DNA from: Flavobacteriales bacterium
GTDB taxonomy: Bacteria > Bacteroidota > Bacteroidia > Flavobacteriales_F > PHOS-HE28
Direction: 5' to 3'
Length of the DNA: 64,000 bases
Assembly: GCA_016705545.1 (NCBI GenBank)
Contig: JADIYA010000006.1
Coordinates: 198,353 to 262,352, forward strand
Shown here: positions 12,318 through 20,839 of the stretch, one piece after another
Layout of the letters: every line of letters begins with the position of its first letter
Position numbering within the stretch: position 1 is the first letter of the stretch
The notes under the pieces: generated by a model
The model's database searches: none
Told to the model about the DNA's origin: nothing
The model's input: only the letters and a program-made list of their open reading frames with translations
Program-made: the position numbers and the translations under genes

Positions 12318-12910
12318 TGGTGAAAAGCCTCTCCGCGTTCCATCATGGCGATGAACAATGCAAGGCGCTTGGCTCGCGTCTCATCCCTCTTAGCGGTCTG
12401 CAAGCGGTGTAGGAATGCATAGCGCTTGGTGCCAGTGAGCGTATCGAAGAACCCTTTGGCCTTTGTGTTCTTCTTCAGTGCGACCGCCAGATCGGGTGGT
12501 ACTTGGATGGTGCTGGCGGGCGCGTAGGCCTTGTCCCACTGGCCGTTGGACTTGGCGACCTTCACGGCAGCAAGCCCAGCCGGACGCATCAGCTTCGCCT
12601 TGATCAACTGCTGCACCTTCTTCCTGTTGATCTCGCTCCAGATGCTGCGCGGCGACCGTGGCGTGAAGCGCTGGAGGAAGGTCTTGTCGTCGTTGCTCCG
12701 TTTCACACCATCGATCCAGCCGTGGCACAGCGCAACTTCCACGGCTTCGGCATAGGTCACGGATGGTATCGCGCTGCCCTTCTTGGCGATGCTGATGTAG
12801 ATGCCGGGGGAAACGGTCCCGTATTTATCCAGCCAGGCATCCAAGGCTTGCGCGGTATCGAAGCCGACAACCTCGCGGTCTGTGGGAATCGCCGGTGCTT
12901 GCTTCTTCAT
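12314..12910 (-). CDS. YdeI/OmpD-associated family (DUF1905-like) protein
   Basis: Sequence ...ALCHGWIDGVKRSNDDKTFLQRFTPRSPRSIWSEINRKKV...KRYAFLHRLQTAKRDETRAKRLALFIAM. The internal start is MKKQAPAIP. Confidence 0.6.
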   Translation of the reverse strand: MKKQAPAIPTDREVVGFDTAQALDAWLDKYGTVSPGIYISIAKKGSAIPSVTYAEAVEVALCHGWIDGVKRSNDDKTFLQRFTPRSPRSIWSEINRKKVQQLIKAKLMRPAGLAAVKVAKSNGQWDKAYAPASTIQVPPDLAVALKKNTKAKGFFDTLTGTKRYAFLHRLQTAKRDETRAKRLALFIAMMERGEAFHQ

Positions 12911-12921
12911 GGGTGCCAAGC

Positions 12922-13383
12922 TCAACCGACCAGCCAATTCAATTCGGTGCGATAATCCTTAGGGTCCTTCACCTCGTCAGGGTTGTTCAGGTAGCGCTCG
13001 AAGAACCGGCCGTCCTCGGGCAGTTTCCGCTCGCGTACCCAGTCTTGCAGTTCGCGCCAGGCATCACCCATCCGCTCGTACGGACCTTGGTATACAGCAC
13101 GCACCACCTTCGCTCCGGGCAGGGCGCTATTCTTCACGCGTCCAGCTTCGTTCACGGACTTCGATACTGGGAAGCCGATCTCGAAGTCGAAGGTGTCCCC
13201 GGGGCGGCGATGGTGGTAGCTGAACATCGGTCCGGCCGGTTGCAGGCCTTGGTCGGTAAGCGCTTGGATGATCTCTTGGATCGCGGGGTCCATGTACTTG
13301 GGCATGTCGCGGCCGGAGATGACCAAGTGGATGGTGGCTGCTCGCTGTTCGGTTGTGGTGATGACTTCGGGTGGGGTGATCAT
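12922..13383 (-). CDS. GyrI-like small-molecule-binding domain protein
   Basis: A 153-aa product resembling the AraC effector-binding/GyrI-like fold (AVYQGPYERMGDAWRELQDWV...FFERYLNNP). Confidence 0.6.
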   Translation of the reverse strand: MITPPEVITTTEQRAATIHLVISGRDMPKYMDPAIQEIIQALTDQGLQPAGPMFSYHHRRPGDTFDFEIGFPVSKSVNEAGRVKNSALPGAKVVRAVYQGPYERMGDAWRELQDWVRERKLPEDGRFFERYLNNPDEVKDPKDYRTELNWLVG

Positions 13384-13424
13384 GGGGTGAAGATCAGACG
13401 ATCAGATGCTGAAAGGGCATCCGA

Positions 13425-13814
13425 TCAGGTGAGTTTGATCCAAGCGCTCAAGATGGCTTGCAACGCTTTTGCTTTTGCCTGGATATCCGCAGCATCCTTG
13501 AAGACGATCTGGCTGCGGTCGTTGCCGAGCCATTTGATCAAGTGCTCCGGATCGGGGATGCGGTCCTTCAAGACGATGCCTTTCGCTTTGGGGCCGGCGT
13601 GCAGGATGATCATCGGATCTTTCACGTGCCTAGGGCCGTTCAGCGTGGCGAACCAATCCATCGTTCGGAAGCTGGCCGTATTCCACTTCACACCTTCCTC
13701 GATCGACTTGTCGGCATTGAGGATGATGGTCCGTAGCTGGTCGAGTTCCTTTCGTAACGGATGCTTGTGCGCGTCAAGAAGGGTGGAAACAGCCGAATCG
13801 AAACGATGTGGCAT
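13425..13814 (-). CDS. DUF1801 domain protein
   Basis: A 129-aa product (EEGVKWNTASFRTMDWFATLNGP...) with a DUF1801-like pattern. Confidence 0.55.
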   Translation of the reverse strand: MPHRFDSAVSTLLDAHKHPLRKELDQLRTIILNADKSIEEGVKWNTASFRTMDWFATLNGPRHVKDPMIILHAGPKAKGIVLKDRIPDPEHLIKWLGNDRSQIVFKDAADIQAKAKALQAILSAWIKLT

Positions 13815-13820
13815 GGAGGG

Positions 13821-14300
13821 TCAGCTTCGGGAGGCCAGGTATTGATCCAATCGTGCGTAGCCCACCTCCATTTCATTGCCCATCTGCACGGCGATCACAC
13901 CTTCACGCGCAGCGGTGGACTCGTACTCAACGGTCAGTGTCATCAAGGTCCTTCCGCCATCCTCAGTGAGCACCATCTTTCCCACCGCTTCGCCCGGGTA
14001 CCACGATTGATCGAATTTCTCAGTGGTCACGAGGCGCTCGGGCCTGACGATCTCTTTGTAAAAACCGCTCATGCCCATCTCAATTCCGTCGGTATTCCGC
14101 CACACCCATCGGTAAGCCCCACCCACCCGAAGGTCGATCTCGCAGACCACGAGCGTCCAACCGGTCGCGCCATGGAACCAGTTCAACATCATCTCGGAAC
14201 TGGTCATCGCATCGAATACCAAGGCGCGTGGAGCCTTGAAGGTGCGCGTGATACGGATCGCGCGATCGCCGTGGGGAACGATTTCGACTTCAGTGCTCAT
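13821..14300 (-). CDS. SRPBCC (Aha1-like) domain protein
   Basis: Family signature AIRITRTFKAPRALVFDAMTSSEMMLNWFHG...RVGGAYRWVWRNTDG. Confidence 0.7.
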   Translation of the reverse strand: MSTEVEIVPHGDRAIRITRTFKAPRALVFDAMTSSEMMLNWFHGATGWTLVVCEIDLRVGGAYRWVWRNTDGIEMGMSGFYKEIVRPERLVTTEKFDQSWYPGEAVGKMVLTEDGGRTLMTLTVEYESTAAREGVIAVQMGNEMEVGYARLDQYLASRS

Positions 14301-14333
14301 GAAGGTTGCAGTCTAGGTAAGTCTGTATGAGGT

Positions 14334-14750
14334 TCAAGCCTGCCCCTCCGCATGCGCCTTGAACCGGTCCAGGATAGCCTGCCAGCCCCCACGTTGCATT
14401 TCAACGGGATTCTCGGATTCAGCATCGAAGGATTCCGTGATGCGCGTGCCGCCATCCTTCATCTCGAAGAGGATCTCGCAGCTGCGGCCATCGGCCATGG
14501 TGTAGGCGATGCGCTTGTTCAGTTGAACATCGTCATACACTCCGGCGAAATCGAAGCTGAAGCTGCCATCGCGCGCGGCCATGGTGCTGCTGAACGAACC
14601 GCCAATGCGCAGATCGTTGGTCGCCTTGGGGCAATGCCAGTCATCGCTGGCGGCGTTCCATTGCATGATGTGGGCCGGCTCTGTCCAGATCCTCCAGACG
14701 TGGGTCACAGGCTTGTTGACGTGGGTGGTGATGGTGATGCGGGTGCTCAT
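14334..14750 (-). CDS. SRPBCC (Aha1-like) domain protein
   Basis: Family signature ITITTHVNKPVTHVWRIWTEPAHIMQWNAASDDW...RIGGSF. Confidence 0.7.
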   Translation of the reverse strand: MSTRITITTHVNKPVTHVWRIWTEPAHIMQWNAASDDWHCPKATNDLRIGGSFSSTMAARDGSFSFDFAGVYDDVQLNKRIAYTMADGRSCEILFEMKDGGTRITESFDAESENPVEMQRGGWQAILDRFKAHAEGQA

Positions 14751-14790
14751 GTTGCATGGAGTTGTGGCGCCAGATTCCGCGCCCGTACGA

Positions 14791-15672
14791 TCAATCCTCG
14801 ATGGCTTCGATGCCTTGCTCCTTCAGGCGTTGCAGGTGTTCGTTCATGGCCTGAAGCAGTTCCGGTGCATGGCCTTGCCAGTCGGCCACTTCGCCCACCA
14901 CGCGCAAGGCGCTCTTGGTGCGGTATGACCTGGTCGGATTGCCGGGGAACTTCTTGTCGGTCAGGTTGGGGTCGTTCTCGAAATGCCCGGTGGGCTCCAC
15001 GATGTAGATCCGGCCGCGGCCTTCGCCCTGGGCCAGTTCGGCACCCCAAGTGGCGGCATCCAAGGTGGCTGTCAGGTAAACGTACTTGGCCGGCTTCTGC
15101 TGGCCGTAGTTGGAACTGAACCCCGGTTCGATCAGATCGCCCACTTTCACCTGAGCCTTGGTGCCATGGTAGTACGTGGTGCTCGACAGGAGCTCGTCCA
15201 ACTGCTCCAGTCCCATGGTGAATCCTTCTTTGAAGCCCATCTTGAGGATCTGCTCCAACGCTTCCGGAGAAGTGAAGTCCAGGTGCATGCGAACCGTCGT
15301 GGTGCCCCCGCTCTCGCTGAAATGGTTCTTCCAATGCGTGGCCGGCTTGAAGCCGTTGGCCGAACCATCCTCGTCACAGAACGCATCGTGCCCATCGAAG
15401 TAGGTCTTGGGCGTGATGGTCCCGTATTCGAAGAAGCACCAATGCCGGTCGCCCTGCGGACCCTCCATGCAGTAGAGCCACTTGCCACCTATGCGGAAGT
15501 CCAGCGACTTGATGATGCATTGATAAGGCCGTGGAGCCCACCACTGGCAGAGGATTGCGGGATCCGTCCATGCGGCCCACACCAGGTCCAACGGGGAGTT
15601 AAAGGTGCGTTCCACAGTGATGGTGCGGTCATCCTTGGCAATGATGAAGTTGAACATCGCGGGTGTCGGCAT
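14791..15672 (-). CDS. arr: Fusion of an N-terminal SRPBCC/Aha1-like domain to a C-terminal NAD+--rifampin ADP-ribosyltransferase (Arr) domain
   Basis: The N-terminal ~150 aa read ITVERTFNSPLDLVWAAWTDPAILCQWWAP...FRIGGKW (SRPBCC). The C-terminal ~135 aa read YYHGTKA...GDLIEPGF...WGAELA...GRGRIYIVEPTGHFENDPNLTDKKFPGNPTRSYRTKSALRVVGEVADWQGH...GIEAIED. These match the recalled Arr-ms motifs almost position by position: YHGTKA, WGAELA, YIVEPTG.FE.DPNLT.K.FPGNPT.SYRT, DWEGH, IED. Confidence 0.75.
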   Translation of the reverse strand: MPTPAMFNFIIAKDDRTITVERTFNSPLDLVWAAWTDPAILCQWWAPRPYQCIIKSLDFRIGGKWLYCMEGPQGDRHWCFFEYGTITPKTYFDGHDAFCDEDGSANGFKPATHWKNHFSESGGTTTVRMHLDFTSPEALEQILKMGFKEGFTMGLEQLDELLSSTTYYHGTKAQVKVGDLIEPGFSSNYGQQKPAKYVYLTATLDAATWGAELAQGEGRGRIYIVEPTGHFENDPNLTDKKFPGNPTRSYRTKSALRVVGEVADWQGHAPELLQAMNEHLQRLKEQGIEAIED

Positions 15673-15675
15673 GGC

Positions 15676-16158
15676 TCAATGGGTTTGCAGGGTCGTCACG
15701 TACTCAGCCAAGTGCGCCAGCGTCTGCTTCCCGCCTTCGATAGCACCGACGTTCTCCACCACGAAGTCACGCGCTTCTTTGGTCGGGAACACGGTCCGGA
15801 GCGTCACCAGCGTTCCATCGTCCTTCTGGTCGAAACGCAGCTCTCCTTCGAACTGCTTGGGATTAGCGGGATCGCCGTGATCGTAGGCGATGCGGCTCAT
15901 GGGCACGATTTCCCGGTAGGTGATCAGGTTGGGCCACACCTTGCCGTCCGGACCGGTCATGGTGTATTCCCACTCGCCACCCACGCGGAAGTCCATACGG
16001 ATGGTACGGTTGGTGAAGCCGTCCGGGCCCCACCAGCGATCGATGTGCGCGGCTTCCGTGCAGGCCTTCCACACCAGCGCTTGCAGTGCGCGCATGTGGC
16101 GGGTGATGGTGATCTCGCGATCGCTTGTTCCGGTTTGCATCTTGAACTCAATTGTCAA
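15676..16158 (-). CDS. SRPBCC (Aha1-like) domain protein
   Basis: Family signature ITITRHMRALQALVWKACTEAAHIDRWWGPDGF...RVGGEWEYTMTGPDG. Confidence 0.7.
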   Translation of the reverse strand: MTIEFKMQTGTSDREITITRHMRALQALVWKACTEAAHIDRWWGPDGFTNRTIRMDFRVGGEWEYTMTGPDGKVWPNLITYREIVPMSRIAYDHGDPANPKQFEGELRFDQKDDGTLVTLRTVFPTKEARDFVVENVGAIEGGKQTLAHLAEYVTTLQTH

Positions 16159-16555
16159 GCAGGTCCGTCAGAGCATAGAGCCGCATCTCCCAGCGATCCG
16201 CATAGCCATGGGTGATGAGCGATCCAATCGTCAGCGGCTCCATCGGGGTCATGCGGAGGTTGATATGGGTGAGGTGCTCGTCCTCCTCAAAATTGGCCTC
16301 GATGCGCACGGCATTCAAGCCATCGCTTTCTTCGGCTGTGAGGAAGGACGGGCCAATGGTGGTGATGCGGAACACTATTCCTTCAACCGGGGGTAGCCAA
16401 CGAACGCGCAATGAAGCCTCCTTCCAGAAAGGCGTTAGCCGCTCGAGGGATTCCCGCATCGAACGGTTGAAAATCAGGCAGCCCAAGTCGAGCTTGTGCA
16501 AGGGCTGGTCTTGTTGTAGGCCCACCGGCAAGTCGAGGAGATCCGTGTCGCGCAT
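16148..16555 (-). CDS. Hypothetical protein, possibly a divergent SRPBCC. Translationally coupled to the ArsR gene.
   Basis: Internal start MRDTDLLDL... The ATG overlaps the arsR stop in a TGATG arrangement. No confident family assignment. Confidence 0.4.
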   Translation of the reverse strand: MRDTDLLDLPVGLQQDQPLHKLDLGCLIFNRSMRESLERLTPFWKEASLRVRWLPPVEGIVFRITTIGPSFLTAEESDGLNAVRIEANFEEDEHLTHINLRMTPMEPLTIGSLITHGYADRWEMRLYALTDLLDN

Positions 16556-16887
16556 CACTTCTGGGGTTTCTTGCCTTGAAGTTCCTGGAGATAGGCATCG
16601 AGCCGATCGAAGCGCTCTTCCCACATCGTCCGGTACTGCTCGATCCAGGCATCGGCTTCTTTCAGTGGTTCAGCCTTCAACTCGCATGGGCGCCATTGCG
16701 CTTCACGTCCACGCTTGATCAACTGGGCACGCTCGAGCACTTTGAGGTGCTTGCTAACGGCAGGTAAGCTCATGTCGAAGGGTGCCGCCAACTCATTCAC
16801 GCTAGCGGGACCATTCGATAGCTGCGCGAGGATTGCCCTGCGCGTAGGGTCAGCAAGAGCCGAGAAGGTGAGCGAGAGGCGATCCAT
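16555..16887 (-). CDS. ArsR/SmtB family HTH transcriptional regulator (first gene of the SRPBCC operon)
   Basis: Signature LADPTRRAILAQLSNGPASVNELAAPFDMSLPAVSKHLKVLERAQLI, a winged-HTH ArsR pattern. Confidence 0.75.
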   Translation of the reverse strand: MDRLSLTFSALADPTRRAILAQLSNGPASVNELAAPFDMSLPAVSKHLKVLERAQLIKRGREAQWRPCELKAEPLKEADAWIEQYRTMWEERFDRLDAYLQELQGKKPQK

Positions 16888-16910
16888 GGAAGTGGCGCGG
16901 GGGCAAACGT

Positions 16911-16930
16911 ATTAAACCGAATGGTTAAAT
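16911..16930. promoter_or_regulatory. Candidate ArsR operator: imperfect palindrome ATTAAACC-gaat-GGTTAAAT, 24-43 nt upstream of the arsR start
   Basis: The inverted repeat matches 7 of 8 positions and is centred in the presumed promoter of the minus-strand operon. Confidence 0.35.
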
Positions 16931-16998
16931 ACAAATCCTGAACCAACGTGCAATCTTGGGGGCTACTCGACGATTACTGATCCTGGGAAACGGCGCCA

Positions 16999-19884
16999 CT
17001 AAGGCTCCGCCTCGATCAGCACCTCATCCGCGAAGATCCAAGTGGTCCCGCCCTTGCCGGGGTGCCAATCGGGGCACACGCCAGCATTCTTTGCCGTGAT
17101 GGCGATGTAACGTGCTTTCCTTCCACTAAGCTCGCGCCATAGCTCGCGCGTGATGCCTCCGTCAGCTTTGCGGCCAACATCGTGGCTGATCGTGGCACTG
17201 CTCCATTGCCGCTGATTCGTGCTCACGCTGAAGGTGACTTCGCTGGGCAGCCAGATCCAGCTCTTCTGGTCCTGCAGCACGCTCAGGCCCACGCGCTTCA
17301 GCTTCTGCACACGGCCCAGGTCGATTAACAATACCACGTCCTGGTCGCGGTAGCCCTGCCATTCACCGGTCCGGAAGTCCTTGCCGCCGCGCACGCCATC
17401 AATCAATGCGCTCGGTCCGCCCGCAGTGTACTCGTTGGCGTACTTGCTCTCCAGCGTGATGGTGCGGCCGCCTTCATACTTCACGTAAGTCGCGGTGACC
17501 TGCACCGAGGCGATCCTGTTCTTCCGTCCTTGCGCTCCTTGCACGAATGCCGTGGCACCGATCGAGCAGCTGCGGGTGATCCAGAACGGCGCTTGATAGG
17601 GGTGTGGCTCGGTTCCATCGATGCTGTATTCGATGCGCGCGCGATCATCGCTGCTGCCGATGGTGATGAGCAGGCTGTCGGTGAATGCCTGCCGCGCGGC
17701 CTGGATGACGGGCGCTGGTGTCCATGCGTCATCGAACTCGGGAATGAAACGTCCCGGTGATCCCCCCGGGCGCGGGCCTAGGGTGAAGCGCAACTCGCCG
17801 CCCTTCATCAGTTCGTCATGCGGGATGGTCCGATACGTCTCGGGCTGCTGGCCATTCCATGTGAAGCTCTCCACATGCGAGCGGTCGTTGCCCATCACCT
17901 CGGTGCGCATGCGCCATTTGCTGCCATTGCCCAGGTCAATGGTGGCTTCATCGAAGAGCGGCCAGCCGATGGTGTAGCTGGGATCACCGGGACAGATGGG
18001 GTAGAAGCCGAGCGCGCTCATCACCAGCCAAGCGCTCATCTGGCCGCAGTCCTCGTTGCCGATGAGGCCATCGGGCGCGTCCGTGTAGAAGTTCTGCATG
18101 ATGCGCCTCGCGAACACGTCCGTGCTCAACGGTCGGTCGCTCAGGTTGTAGAGGTAGGTGAAGTTGTGGCTGGGCTCGTTGCCATGGGCGTACTGGCCGA
18201 TGAGTCCGGTGATGTCGCTCTGGTCGCGTCCCGTGGTGTTCTCCTTCGCGGTGAAGAGCGCATCGAGCCTTCCCGCCAGACCGCTCGGACCACCGGTGAG
18301 GGACATGAACCGATCCATGTCATGCGGGACGAAGAAGCCGTATTGCCAAGCATTCGCCTCAGTGAAGTTGAAATTCACCTCATAGGGGTCGAAGGGTTGC
18401 ATGAAGCCGCCGTTTCGCCGCGCACGGAAGAAGCGCGTCTCGGGGTCGAATAGGTTCTGCCAATTTCGGCTGCGCTCGTAAAATCGTCGCGCCACATCAC
18501 CGTTGCCGATCATCTCTGCGAAGCGCGCGATGCACCAATCGTCGTAGGCGTATTCCAGCGTGCGGCTCACGCTCTCCGGTTCGTCCTCGCTGCTGATGTA
18601 GCCGCGCTCGCGGTAGGCCTTCAATCCGAAATGATCCGCATCGGCACTGGCCACCATCGCTTCCAAGGCCAGCTTAGTATCGAAGTCGCGGATACCCTTG
18701 GCATAGGCATCGGCGATCACGCTCACGCTGTGGTAGCCGATCATGCAATCGGTCTCGTTGCCCCAGAGCTCCCAAACGGGCAGTCGTCCGCTTTGCTTGT
18801 AGTGCAGCAGGAAAGTTTGGATCCAGTCGCTGGTCATCTCGGGTTCCAGCACGGTCATCAGCGGGTGCAGTGCGCGGAAGGTGTCCCACAGGCTGAAGAC
18901 GCTGTACACGTTGTGGTCGGCCTTGTGGACCTCACCATCCATGCCGCGGTACTGGCCATCCACATCGTTGAAGATGCAGGGCGCCACGTAGCTGTGGTAG
19001 AGCGCGGTGTAGAAGGCGCGCTGCTGCTCCTTGGTGCCGCCCTTTACTTGGACCTTGTTCAGCTTGGCGTTCCACGCATCCTCGGCTTGCTTGCGCACGA
19101 GATCGAAATCCCAATGCGGCACTTCGGCCTCGAGGTTCCTACGCGCGCCTTCGATGCTCACGGCGGAGATGCCGACCTTAACAATGAGGGGTTCAGCACT
19201 ATTCCGAATGCCCACGACAGCGACCGTGCTATCTGATGCCTCGCGCACGATCTGTACCTCCCGGCTGAAACGGGCGACGAAGTAGAGCTGCTGATCGCGC
19301 GTCCAGGATGAGCTGCGTCGCTTGCCTGCCAACTCGCTCTGCGCCGTTTGAATGATGGACGCACCAAGCAGCTTGTCGCGATGGCGCAGATCAACCACCA
19401 TGAACTGCTCTGGTCCGGCCGGGATCCGGTAGCGATGAACGCCCACACGCGGCGATGACGTCAGTTCAACGCGAGTGCCCGTTCGGTCCAATTGAACGGA
19501 GTAATAGCCAGCGCTGGCCTGCTCGGTTTCTTTCATGAATGAGGATCGATAAGCCGCCGGGCTCGTCGAGTACTTGTCCGTCATGGGCATCAACAGCATA
19601 TCGCACAGATCCGCCACGCCGGTGCCGCTCAGGTGCGTGTGACTGAAGCCGTAGATGAGGCTATCCGAATAATGGTAGCCTCCGCAGCCGTCCCAGTCCA
19701 TGTAGCCATCGGGGCGGGTATCGGGGCTGAGCTGCACCAGGCCATTGGGCACGCAGGCGCCGGGGTAGGTGTGGCCGTGGCCGCCGGTGCCGATGAAGGG
19801 GTTGACGAGGTCGCGGGCGGGGTTCACCTGAGCATGGCCAACGCCAGGCATCAGAATGCAGATCGCCGTTAACAATGGCAGCAT
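16999..19884 (-). CDS. GH92 family alpha-mannosidase with C-terminal carbohydrate-binding/F5-8 type C-like extension. Secreted.
   Basis: Signal peptide MLPLLTAICILMPGVGHAQ, followed by NPFIGTGGHGHTYPGACVPNGLVQLSPDT (GH92 N-terminal signature). The long ORF starts earlier at 20214; the biologically plausible start is 19884 or 19932. Confidence 0.75.
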   Translation of the reverse strand: MLPLLTAICILMPGVGHAQVNPARDLVNPFIGTGGHGHTYPGACVPNGLVQLSPDTRPDGYMDWDGCGGYHYSDSLIYGFSHTHLSGTGVADLCDMLLMPMTDKYSTSPAAYRSSFMKETEQASAGYYSVQLDRTGTRVELTSSPRVGVHRYRIPAGPEQFMVVDLRHRDKLLGASIIQTAQSELAGKRRSSSWTRDQQLYFVARFSREVQIVREASDSTVAVVGIRNSAEPLIVKVGISAVSIEGARRNLEAEVPHWDFDLVRKQAEDAWNAKLNKVQVKGGTKEQQRAFYTALYHSYVAPCIFNDVDGQYRGMDGEVHKADHNVYSVFSLWDTFRALHPLMTVLEPEMTSDWIQTFLLHYKQSGRLPVWELWGNETDCMIGYHSVSVIADAYAKGIRDFDTKLALEAMVASADADHFGLKAYRERGYISSEDEPESVSRTLEYAYDDWCIARFAEMIGNGDVARRFYERSRNWQNLFDPETRFFRARRNGGFMQPFDPYEVNFNFTEANAWQYGFFVPHDMDRFMSLTGGPSGLAGRLDALFTAKENTTGRDQSDITGLIGQYAHGNEPSHNFTYLYNLSDRPLSTDVFARRIMQNFYTDAPDGLIGNEDCGQMSAWLVMSALGFYPICPGDPSYTIGWPLFDEATIDLGNGSKWRMRTEVMGNDRSHVESFTWNGQQPETYRTIPHDELMKGGELRFTLGPRPGGSPGRFIPEFDDAWTPAPVIQAARQAFTDSLLITIGSSDDRARIEYSIDGTEPHPYQAPFWITRSCSIGATAFVQGAQGRKNRIASVQVTATYVKYEGGRTITLESKYANEYTAGGPSALIDGVRGGKDFRTGEWQGYRDQDVVLLIDLGRVQKLKRVGLSVLQDQKSWIWLPSEVTFSVSTNQRQWSSATISHDVGRKADGGITRELWRELSGRKARYIAITAKNAGVCPDWHPGKGGTTWIFADEVLIEAEP

Positions 19885-19942
19885 CGACCTTCTGGATCGA
19901 CCCGACAGAGTGGTATGATGTGGATTGGCCATTTCCGTTGAT

Positions 19943-20839
19943 TCAAAGGGTTCCCAGCGCCGCCGCCCCCAACAGCGCCGCATCGTCATCTGGCAAAGCC
20001 GATACCGTGAGGTCCACACGACCCTGATAGATATTGAGCAGGTTGGCGTGGAAGCGTTCGCGCAGCGGTGCCATGAGCAGGTCGCCGTTCCGCGCGATGC
20101 CGCCGAAGAGCACGATGCGCTTGGGTCCTGTGGCACAAACCGCATTCGCCAGTCCGATGCTGAGCCACTCCGTGGTGAGCTGGAAGCAGGCAATGGCTGC
20201 GGTGTCACCGGCATGCGCGAGGTCCGCGATGGTCTTCACGTCGGTGGGATTCGCCGCGCCGCCCTCTTCGGTGTAGGTGGCCAGCATGCCCCGGATGCTC
20301 ACATAGGCCTCCAAGCAGCCCTTCCTTCCGCAGGTGCAGGCCCGACCATCGGGCAGGAGGATCGTATGCCCGAGCTCGCCCGCATTGCCTGCGCTGCCCA
20401 GCACGAGTCGGCCATTCACAATGAACCCGCTGCCCACGCCAGTGCCGAGCGTTACCACCAGCAGATCATCAATCCCACGACCCGCGCCGTAACGCCATTC
20501 ACCGAGGGCTGCGGCATTCGCATCGTTGCCCAAATTGGCGGGGACACCAAGCCGGTCGCTCATCATCCTCGCCAAGGGCACATCGTGCTTCCAGGGCAGG
20601 TTGGGCGCCATCTCGATGATGCCCGTGAGTTGATTGGCGTTGGGCGCCCCAATGCCGATTCCAACAAACGGTTCACTATGCCCGCTGATCAACTGCTCGG
20701 CCGTTTCCGCCAATGCATCCGCGAAGGCATGATCATCGGCATGGCCGGTTGTGGCGATCCGCTCGCGGGCGACCACCTTACCATCACGCACCAGTCCGAG
20801 CTTGCTGGTGGTTCCACCGATGTCGATGCCCAGGATCAT
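19943..20839 (-). CDS. ROK family sugar kinase (glucokinase/hexokinase-like)
   Basis: MILGIDIGGTTSKLGLV..., ATCGRKGCLEAY (ROK zinc motif) and GIGAPNANQLTG. Confidence 0.7.
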   Translation of the reverse strand: MILGIDIGGTTSKLGLVRDGKVVARERIATTGHADDHAFADALAETAEQLISGHSEPFVGIGIGAPNANQLTGIIEMAPNLPWKHDVPLARMMSDRLGVPANLGNDANAAALGEWRYGAGRGIDDLLVVTLGTGVGSGFIVNGRLVLGSAGNAGELGHTILLPDGRACTCGRKGCLEAYVSIRGMLATYTEEGGAANPTDVKTIADLAHAGDTAAIACFQLTTEWLSIGLANAVCATGPKRIVLFGGIARNGDLLMAPLRERFHANLLNIYQGRVDLTVSALPDDDAALLGAAALGTL

